From assembly GCA_015233115.1 (NCBI GenBank), contig JADFYJ010000007.1, positions 40,885 through 104,884 on the forward strand: 64,000 nt of DNA. Direction: 5' to 3'. Source of the DNA: Candidatus Omnitrophota bacterium (lineage in GTDB: Bacteria > Omnitrophota > Gorgyraeia > Zapsychrales > Zapsychraceae). The position numbers were made by a program, and so were the translations under genes. The notes beneath the pieces were generated by a model. It saw only the letters and a list, made by a program, of their open reading frames with translations, had not been told where the DNA came from and did no database searches. The first letter of the stretch is position 1, and each line of letters opens with the position of its first letter. This document shows positions 56,615 to 64,000 of this stretch, piece after piece.

Positions 56615-58207
56615 ATGGCTAATAAATTAAGATCTAATCATCGACAAATTATAATTTACGACACGACATTACGTGATGGTTCTCAGACCGAAGGAGTATC
56701 GTTCACAGTTAACGATAAGCTCAAGATTACTGAGAAACTTGACCAGTTTGGCGTTCATTATATTGAAGGCGGATGGCCGGGTTCTAATCCTAAAGATAAA
56801 GACTATTTTAAAGATGTCCAATCGCTTAAATTAAAAAACGCTAAAATCGCGGCTTTTGGTTCAACCCGCAGGGTTAAGATCAAAGCCAGTGAAGATGTTA
56901 ACTTGGTCGAATTAGTGAAATCCAAAGCTCCTACCATTACAATTTTCGGAAAATGCTGGGACTTGCATGTGACAGACGTGATCCGTACTACTTTGGCAGA
57001 AAACTTAGAAATGATCGCTGACTCAGTCGGCTATTTAAAGAAAAATAAAAGAGAAGTATTTTTCGATGCTGAACATTTTTTTGACGGATACCGCAATAAT
57101 CCAGACTACGCGCTTAAAGCCATCCAGGCCGCTGAACAAGCTGGCGCGGATTGTATCGTGCTTTGTGATACCAACGGCGGAACACTGCCGTCTCAAGTCC
57201 GTTCGATTATTGAAGAGGTTAAAAAACACGTTAAAGCGCCGCTGGGAATTCATGCTCACAATGACATTGATATGGGTGTGGCCAACAGTATCGCGGCTAT
57301 AGAAGCTGGCTGTAACCACGTCCAAGGCACGTTTAATGGCCTGGGTGAAAGATGCGGTAATGCCAATCTTTGCACGATCATTGGTATTCTGGCGACGAAA
57401 CTAAATTTAAAATCGATTCCTGAGCGCAACTTGGAAAACATGAAACAGGTCGCCTATTATGTCAGCGAAATCAGCAATTCCGCGTTAAAAGATAATGCCG
57501 CGTTTGTCGGACATTCCGCGTTTACGCATAAAGCCGGTGTGCATATCGACGCAGTAATTAAAAACCCGTTAGCATATGAACACAGTGATCCAGTTTTTGT
57601 CGGTAACCATCGCCGGTTCATTGCTTCTGAATTGGCAGGAAAAATGCCAATCCTGATCAAAGCGCAGAAAATGAATGTGGATCTGGATAAAAAATCTCCG
57701 GAAGCGAAAAAAATTCTGGAAGAGCTTCAGGTTAAAGAAAATAACGGCTATCAGTTTGAAGCAGCGGACGCGTCCTTTGAATTATTCGTGAAACGTTCGT
57801 TACAAAAATATCCGCCGTTTTTTAAATTGGAAGGTTTTAAAGTCTCGTCTGAAAAACGCTTTGACGGCAAAATTTTTGCTGAAGCATCGGTACGTTTAAA
57901 AGTGAAAAGCGAAGAATTGTTTTGTGCGGCTGAAGGCGATGGTCCGGTGGATTCTCTGGATAAAGCTTTACGGCAAGCCTTGACTAAATTTTATCCAAGG
58001 TTAAAAGAGATGCACTTAAGCGATTACAAAGTCCGCGTTTTAGACACCAAAGACGGCACCGCCGCGAAAGTACGCGTTCTCATTGAATCACAGGATGAAA
58101 CCGATACCTGGACCACAGTCGGCGTCCACGAAAATATCATCGAAGCCAGTTGGGAAGCTTTGACAGATAGTATTGAATATAAATTATTGAAAGATAAGAA
58201 AAAATAA
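56615..58207 (+). CDS. cimA: Citramalate synthase
   Basis: YDTTLRDG, IEGGWPGSNPKD, DAEHFFDG, HAHND, DYKVRVL. Confidence 0.92.
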   Translation: MANKLRSNHRQIIIYDTTLRDGSQTEGVSFTVNDKLKITEKLDQFGVHYIEGGWPGSNPKDKDYFKDVQSLKLKNAKIAAFGSTRRVKIKASEDVNLVELVKSKAPTITIFGKCWDLHVTDVIRTTLAENLEMIADSVGYLKKNKREVFFDAEHFFDGYRNNPDYALKAIQAAEQAGADCIVLCDTNGGTLPSQVRSIIEEVKKHVKAPLGIHAHNDIDMGVANSIAAIEAGCNHVQGTFNGLGERCGNANLCTIIGILATKLNLKSIPERNLENMKQVAYYVSEISNSALKDNAAFVGHSAFTHKAGVHIDAVIKNPLAYEHSDPVFVGNHRRFIASELAGKMPILIKAQKMNVDLDKKSPEAKKILEELQVKENNGYQFEAADASFELFVKRSLQKYPPFFKLEGFKVSSEKRFDGKIFAEASVRLKVKSEELFCAAEGDGPVDSLDKALRQALTKFYPRLKEMHLSDYKVRVLDTKDGTAAKVRVLIESQDETDTWTTVGVHENIIEASWEALTDSIEYKLLKDKKK

Positions 58208-58235
58208 AGAAACAAAAACTAAATTATTATTGGTA

Positions 58236-58312
58236 TGTCATTCCCGCGGAAGCGGGAATCCAGAAATTCTTCTTCTATCAATGGATCCCCGACTAAAACC
58301 TCGGTGATGACA
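58236..58312. repeat. dRS3-like double-hairpin repeat, copy 3
   Basis: tgtcattcccgcggaagcgggaatcca ... tggatccccgactaaaacctcggtgatgaca. Confidence 0.88.
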
Positions 58313-58375
58313 ACTCTTACTCGTAGTATACCGAAGATGCGATTGCACGCGGTTAGCAAATTTATTTTTTGGCTT

Positions 58376-58412
58376 TTACTTTGTTACTCGGTTACTCGGT
58401 TACTTTGTCACT
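58376..58412 (+). repeat. Octamer right arm (TTACTCGG-type) before valS
   Basis: ttactttg ttactcgg ttactcgg ttactttg tcact. Confidence 0.75.
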
Positions 58413-58429
58413 AACAAGAATATAAAAAT

Positions 58430-61054
58430 ATGACTGAACTTGAATCACGCTTTAATTTTAAAGAAATAGATGAGAAGTGGGGTAAATATTGGGAATCCGA
58501 CGGCGTGTTCCGCGCCAAAGTCAATCCTGACAAAAAATCCTTTACTATCGTTATTCCACCGCCTAACGTAACAGGTATTCTGCATATGGGCCACGCGCTC
58601 AATAATACTTTGCAGGATATTTTGATTCGTTATAAACGTATGACCGGATTTGAAACCCTTTGGATGCCGGGTACAGATCACGCGGGTATTGCCACACAAA
58701 ACGTGGTCGAAAAACAACTCGCAAAAGAAGGCAAGACTCGCCAAGACATCGGCCGCGAACAATTTACGGAATTACTCTGGTCCTGGAAAAATAAATACGG
58801 CGATACGATTATTCATCAATTAAAAAAATTGGGCTCATCCTGCGATTGGGATCGTACCCGCTTTACCATGGATGATGAATATTCTTTGGCCGTCAAAGAA
58901 GTGTTTATCCGTCTTTATCACAAAGGTCTGATTTATCGCGGAGAATATATTATTAATTGGTGCCCGCGCTGTCATACGGCACTATCCGACGAAGAGGCTG
59001 AACACAAAGATACAGCCGGTAAACTTTACCATATTAAATATCCCATCAAAGGTGAGACCGGATTTGTTGTCGTAGCTACCACTCGTCCGGAAACCATGCT
59101 GGGGGATACAGCAGTAGCTGTTAATCCTGAAGATCAACGCTATGCGTCCTTGCGGGGAAAAATTTTAATGTTGCCGCTCGTCAATCGCGAGATCCCGATT
59201 ATTGAAGATGCGTTTGTTGATCCGGCTTTTGGTACCGGAGCAGTAAAAGTAACTCCCGCTCATGATCCAAACGATTTTCATATGGGCAGACGCCACAATC
59301 TACGCTTCATTAATATTTTATATCCTGACGGGAAAATTAACCGTAACGGCGGACAGTTCCATAATATGGACCGTTTTGTCGCGCGCAAAGCCGTGGTCGA
59401 AGAATTAGACAAATTAGGTTTATTGGTTAAGATTGACGAACACAGTCACGCGGTTGGCCATTGTTACCGCTGTAATACTGTTGTTGAACCATACCTATCC
59501 AAACAATGGTTTGTTAAAATGGCACCATTGGCTCAGCCTGCGGTTAAAGCGGTTGAAGAGGGACGGATTAAATTTTATCCTGACCGCTGGACCAAAGTTT
59601 ACATGAACTGGATGGAAAACATCCGCGACTGGTGCATTTCCCGTCAGATCTGGTGGGGGCACCGCATTCCGGTTTGGTATTGTCAAAATTGCCCGGAAGA
59701 TAAAAATATGATCGTTACGTCAGACGCTCCTGCAGTGTGCCCCCATTGCGGATCCAAAGATTTGAAACAAGACGAAGACGTCCTTGATACCTGGTTCTCG
59801 TCTTGGTTATGGCCGTTTGCCACTTTAAACTGGCCAAAAGCGAGTAAAGATCTGAAATATTTTTACCCCGGCTCAGCGCTTTTCACTGCATCAGAAATTA
59901 TTTTCTTTTGGGTGGCACGAATGATTATGGCTGGCATTGAATTTATGGGTGATATCCCATTTAGCGAAGTTTATATTCACGGAACTGTCCGCGATGCTTT
60001 GGGAAGAAAAATGTCAAAATCTCTCGGCAACGCGATTGATCCGCTCGAAATCATTAACGAATACGGTGCCGATGCTTTGCGTTTTAGCTTGATCATTAAT
60101 TCAGGACAGGATTTGTATATCTCCAAAGAAAAATTTGAAATCGGCCGCAATTTTGCCAATAAAATCTGGAACGCGTCCCGGCTGATTTTAATGAATGCCA
60201 AGACGATAGATCCCCAATTTGATTTATCAAAAGCGGATTTAGATTTGGCATCCCAGTGGATTGTCTCCCGCATGTTCACCACAGTCAAACGTGTGGGTGA
60301 CTGTATAGACAATTATCGTTATTCTGAAGCTGAATCATTGATTAATGAATTCTTCTGGAGTCAGTTTTGTGACTGGTATTTGGAAATTATCAAAGACCAA
60401 TGGGACAACCCTGTTATACAAAATACAGCGCTGAAAATATTAGAAAATTCTTTAAAAATCATTCATCCGTTTATGCCGTTTGTCACCCAGGAATTGTGGG
60501 CGCACATTCATCCGGAACAAAAAGATTTAGGTTTGCAGAATTGGCCGAAAGTTCAAGAGCGGCTGATACAAACTGAAATTGAAAATAAAATGGCATTAAT
60601 CATTGAATTAGTTACGTCAATCCGAAACACCCGGGCAGAATGGAATGTAAAACCAGCGCAAAAATTAGATTGTGTTTTTGTATCCGACAAACCAACGATT
60701 AAATCATCGTTGAAAGAAACTGAAAACGCTGTGGTCAAACGTTTAGCAGGTTTGAAATCAATTGAGATAAGAGACGATTTCCCCGCGCAAAAAAACATGG
60801 CCAGCGGTGTCATTGCTGATATTAAATTTTATTTGTCTTTAGAAGGCGCGATTGATATGGAAGCAGAGAAGCGCCGTATTCTCAGCCAAATTGAAGAACA
60901 GACCAGATTAATGGACGGATTAAACAAACGTTTATCGAATGAAGCCTTTATCAGCAAGGCTAAACCGGAAGTCGTTGCCAACGACCGTCAGCGCCTGGTT
61001 GAACTTGGCGAAAAAATCAAAAAGTTGAAACAAATCATTGCAGATCTCGAATAA
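58430..61054 (+). CDS. valS: Valine--tRNA ligase
   Basis: PPPNVTG.LHMGH, DWCISRQIWWGH, KMSKS, C-terminal coiled coil. Confidence 0.97.
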   Translation: MTELESRFNFKEIDEKWGKYWESDGVFRAKVNPDKKSFTIVIPPPNVTGILHMGHALNNTLQDILIRYKRMTGFETLWMPGTDHAGIATQNVVEKQLAKEGKTRQDIGREQFTELLWSWKNKYGDTIIHQLKKLGSSCDWDRTRFTMDDEYSLAVKEVFIRLYHKGLIYRGEYIINWCPRCHTALSDEEAEHKDTAGKLYHIKYPIKGETGFVVVATTRPETMLGDTAVAVNPEDQRYASLRGKILMLPLVNREIPIIEDAFVDPAFGTGAVKVTPAHDPNDFHMGRRHNLRFINILYPDGKINRNGGQFHNMDRFVARKAVVEELDKLGLLVKIDEHSHAVGHCYRCNTVVEPYLSKQWFVKMAPLAQPAVKAVEEGRIKFYPDRWTKVYMNWMENIRDWCISRQIWWGHRIPVWYCQNCPEDKNMIVTSDAPAVCPHCGSKDLKQDEDVLDTWFSSWLWPFATLNWPKASKDLKYFYPGSALFTASEIIFFWVARMIMAGIEFMGDIPFSEVYIHGTVRDALGRKMSKSLGNAIDPLEIINEYGADALRFSLIINSGQDLYISKEKFEIGRNFANKIWNASRLILMNAKTIDPQFDLSKADLDLASQWIVSRMFTTVKRVGDCIDNYRYSEAESLINEFFWSQFCDWYLEIIKDQWDNPVIQNTALKILENSLKIIHPFMPFVTQELWAHIHPEQKDLGLQNWPKVQERLIQTEIENKMALIIELVTSIRNTRAEWNVKPAQKLDCVFVSDKPTIKSSLKETENAVVKRLAGLKSIEIRDDFPAQKNMASGVIADIKFYLSLEGAIDMEAEKRRILSQIEEQTRLMDGLNKRLSNEAFISKAKPEVVANDRQRLVELGEKIKKLKQIIADLE

Positions 61055-61075
61055 AAATAGATAATTAAACTGAAC

Positions 61076-61930
61076 ATGTTAAATCCAAAAGAATTTGATC
61101 ATATTATTCATTTAGCCCTGGTCGAAGATGCCCATGACATGGACATTACGACTAATTTTCTTATTCCCGCTAAACATATCTCGGATGCTTATATTGAAGC
61201 ACGGGAAGCCGGCATATTATGCGGATTGGATATCGTACAGCGGCTCTTCAAAAAACTCGATCCTAAAATGCATTTTAAAGCCAATTTTAACGATGGGGAT
61301 AAAATCACAGCCCATGATAAATTGCTGGAACTCAAAGGAAAAACCCGCGCCATTCTAACCGGTGAACGGACAGCCTTGAATTTTTTATGCCATTTATCCG
61401 GAATAGCGACCAATACCAACCATTTTGTACAAGCCATTAACCCTTATCCAGCTCAAATCCTCAGTACGCGAAAGACCACGCCCAGTTTGCGCAAATTAGA
61501 AAAATACGCGGTCAGATGCGGAGGAGGAGTTAATCATCGTCTAAATTTGAAAGAAATGATCCTTATCAAAGATAATCACCGTGAAATATATCACGGGAAA
61601 ATACCATTACCTGAGGCGATCTTAAAATTTAAAAAAGTCCATAAAGAACCCATCTGCGTTGAAGTCGACACTTTAGAACAGTTTCACGATGTTTTACCAA
61701 CTCATCCCAATATTATTTTGCTGGATAACATGACTTTAGTCCAAATGAAACAAGCTGTTAAAATCCGCAATCGAATGAATCCACAGAAAAAACCGCTTTT
61801 GGAAGCTTCTGGTGGAGTCAATTTAAAAACAGTCCGGAATATCGCGAAAACCGGGGTTGACCGCATTTCAATCGGATCGCTCACGCATACCCACAAAGCC
61901 TTAAATTTATCGATGGAGGTTATTCGATAA
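61076..61930 (+). CDS. nadC: Quinolinate phosphoribosyltransferase
   Basis: ERTALN, TRKTTP, IKDNH, LLDNM, EASGG. Confidence 0.95.
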   Translation: MLNPKEFDHIIHLALVEDAHDMDITTNFLIPAKHISDAYIEAREAGILCGLDIVQRLFKKLDPKMHFKANFNDGDKITAHDKLLELKGKTRAILTGERTALNFLCHLSGIATNTNHFVQAINPYPAQILSTRKTTPSLRKLEKYAVRCGGGVNHRLNLKEMILIKDNHREIYHGKIPLPEAILKFKKVHKEPICVEVDTLEQFHDVLPTHPNIILLDNMTLVQMKQAVKIRNRMNPQKKPLLEASGGVNLKTVRNIAKTGVDRISIGSLTHTHKALNLSMEVIR

Positions 61931-62604
61931 TGTTTCGCTTAATCTGTTTTATTTTCACATTTATTTGTCTTGGACTTATCTCCTCCGCAGCAGATCAACC
62001 CGCAGCTGTTTCAGCTGTTCACGATTATTTACTCGATGACCGTCAACAAATTGACGAATATACAGATAAATTCAAACAGATTCCTAAAGATATTTTGTTG
62101 GAAATGGTGAAAGATGAAACACTTAATCCTCTGAGAATGACGGCAACCATGAGCATCATTAATCAACAATATGTTAAAGAAATGGTTCAATCAGAACGGA
62201 TTCAATACGAACGGGCTCTATTACGCATGCTCTCCCGGACAGACTCATCGTTTGTCCAGGTCGAATCCATGTACGGCCTTTGTGTAGCAGACCGCTACGA
62301 ATATTTCGACTCTATGGTGCCGGCTCTTATTCAAAAACTGAATCACTACAACACTGGGGTTAATCTCCTGGCGTATGAAAACCTGGACCAATTACTCCTG
62401 GATGGACAAAACCGCCAAAGAGAAGCCCGGATAGTCTTTAACACCATCCGAAAAATCCTATTTCTATCACGCCGTAAATTGGAATCCATGAGCACCCCTG
62501 AACCAAAACTTGACCGGCAATTAAAAATTTTACGCTGGTCAATCAAAGTGTTAGGCAATCAGGAGCTTCAACGATTGCCGAGAGAAGTCATTCATCTTTT
62601 GTAA
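61930..62604 (+). CDS. Hypothetical exported helical protein
   Basis: Signal peptide; coupled to the nadC stop. Confidence 0.65.
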   Translation: MFRLICFIFTFICLGLISSAADQPAAVSAVHDYLLDDRQQIDEYTDKFKQIPKDILLEMVKDETLNPLRMTATMSIINQQYVKEMVQSERIQYERALLRMLSRTDSSFVQVESMYGLCVADRYEYFDSMVPALIQKLNHYNTGVNLLAYENLDQLLLDGQNRQREARIVFNTIRKILFLSRRKLESMSTPEPKLDRQLKILRWSIKVLGNQELQRLPREVIHLL

Positions 62605-62722
62605 AATTTCAAAATATATCTAATTTATTAAAAAGTAAGTTATGAAGCTTCCAATCTGATGGTTAGTTTTTGATCACGACAAGTAGCATTTCTTTAATAC
62701 ATATGTTATATTTCGCTTAATA

Positions 62723-64000
62723 ATGAAAAAGACATTTTCTATCCTAATCCTTTGCTGTTTTTTGGTCACAAGCATCATGGGGTCTAACCCCATTTTTGCT
62801 CAGGAATTTTATTTGCCGGCTCCTGGGGTCATGGTTCATTTAAGCCCTAAATTTGACCCTCCTATACTACAGGGTATTAAAGTCCATCCTGATAATCCCT
62901 TAAAGTTTGATTTCATCCTTAACAAAGGCGAGAGCCAATTAGGTAATGACCAACTCAAGGAAGAATCTTTAAAGCTAATTAAGTATTTCCTCGCCTCGCT
63001 CACTGTTCCGGAAAACGAATTATGGGTCAACTTATCGCCCTATGAAAAAGGCCGTATTGTGCCGAAAGAGTTTGGTCAGACCGAAATGGGACGAGATCTT
63101 CTTGCTCAAGACTATCTTTTAAAACAAATTACAGCTTCGTTAATGTATCCGGAAAATGAAATTGGTAAAAATTTTTGGGACAAGATTTACACGGAAGCAT
63201 ATAAAAAATTTGGGACAACTAATATTCCGGTTGATACATTCAACAAAGTTTGGATCGTCCCTGGAAAAGCCGTTGTTTATGAAAACATCAAAAATGGAAC
63301 AGCCTACGTGGTTGAAAGTAATTTGAAAGTTATGCTCGATTCAGATTATGTGGCGCTTAATAAAGCGGTTATCCCGCCAAAAAAGACCGGCAATACATCA
63401 ACAGATGAAAAACAAGAATTCAGCAAAAAAATTATCCGTGAAATCATTATCCCGGCAATAGAAACAGAAGTCAACACCGGGAAAAATTTTAGCCAGCTCA
63501 AACAAGTCTATAACTCACTCATACTCGCGGTCTGGTACAAAAAGAAAATTAATGAAAGCCTTTTGAATCAGGTTTACGTTAATAAAAAAAAGACCGCAGG
63601 CATTAATATTAACGACTCTAAAGCCGCGGAAAAAATCTGGGCGCAATATGTCGAGTCATTCAAAAAGGGTGTATTTAATTTTGTCAAAGAAGAACACGAC
63701 CAAACCAGCGGTGATACTATTCCCCGGAAATATTTCTCGGGTGGTTTTAGTTTCAATGGTTTGCCCATACAAACCGTTGACGAAGCCATGCTTTCCAAGT
63801 CAATGACATTTTTAAAGAAGCATTGGGCCCTTAGTATTTTAACCGTAACCTTGGGCATTGTCGGTACCGGCATCGTTGAATTTGAAAATATTCTTAGCTG
63901 GCCGCCTATTCTCAAACACTTAATTATTCCAAACGATATTCATAAAAGAATTACATACAAACAAGGGGTAGTGATAGGCAGTTTTGATGATTCCGGAATT
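62723..64000 (+). CDS. Secreted protein paralogous to 46747 (partial, runs off window end; absent from the ORF track)
   Basis: Open frame MKKTFSILILCC..HPDNPLKFDFI..LIKYFLASLT..WVNLSPYE..GRDLLAQDYLLKQITASL..RKYFSGG..VDEAML.. Confidence 0.85.
   Translation, partial: MKKTFSILILCCFLVTSIMGSNPIFAQEFYLPAPGVMVHLSPKFDPPILQGIKVHPDNPLKFDFILNKGESQLGNDQLKEESLKLIKYFLASLTVPENELWVNLSPYEKGRIVPKEFGQTEMGRDLLAQDYLLKQITASLMYPENEIGKNFWDKIYTEAYKKFGTTNIPVDTFNKVWIVPGKAVVYENIKNGTAYVVESNLKVMLDSDYVALNKAVIPPKKTGNTSTDEKQEFSKKIIREIIIPAIETEVNTGKNFSQLKQVYNSLILAVWYKKKINESLLNQVYVNKKKTAGININDSKAAEKIWAQYVESFKKGVFNFVKEEHDQTSGDTIPRKYFSGGFSFNGLPIQTVDEAMLSKSMTFLKKHWALSILTVTLGIVGTGIVEFENILSWPPILKHLIIPNDIHKRITYKQGVVIGSFDDSGI

Noticed and set aside
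58313-58429. T-box riboswitch upstream of valS
   Set aside because: No T-box consensus visible; region occupied by repeat elements
1081-63915. Numerous 60-170 aa antisense or alternate-frame ORFs in the track
   Set aside because: Shadows of well-supported + strand genes with no recognisable motifs
46747-64000. Diversity-generating retroelement explaining the paralog pair
   Set aside because: No reverse transcriptase and no near-identical TR/VR pair with adenine-specific differences seen

Overview
AT-rich bacterial chromosomal window, almost entirely + strand. The gene complement suggests Candidatus Omnitrophota (inference). In order it holds: a CsoR-CusBA-YHS copper locus; an AbrB-led TolC/MacAB plus TolC/EmrAB efflux block; a HAD phosphatase and G1PDH-like pair; membrane proteins; orphan SsuA and MCP; DUF47-PiT; a lipoprotein/M48 trio; a repeat-built AsmA; KorAB; ferritin-like proteins; a Rho lacking its RNA-binding domain; tRNA-Thr/Tyr/Gly and tRNA-Pro; gpsA; ynbE-ydbL; hom-thrC-coaB-apgM-lysC-cimA; valS; nadC; and two paralogous secreted proteins with a conserved N-domain and variable D-x-A-M-delimited C-regions. 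The unexplained signal is mostly non-coding. (1) About 15 gene junctions carry elements whose arms are 7-9 nt tandem repeats, often in inverted pairs, from at least six unrelated unit families; some are hybrid or nested, and one sits in frame inside a gene. (2) All four tRNAs carry a small element duplicating one tRNA end: 5' end with an identical 56-bp period for Thr and Pro, 3' end with a shared conserved-loop hairpin for Tyr and Gly. (3) REP-like, dRS3-like and MITE-like elements also occur. No transposase or integrase is present in the window. Product calls come from motif recognition only; no searches were run.
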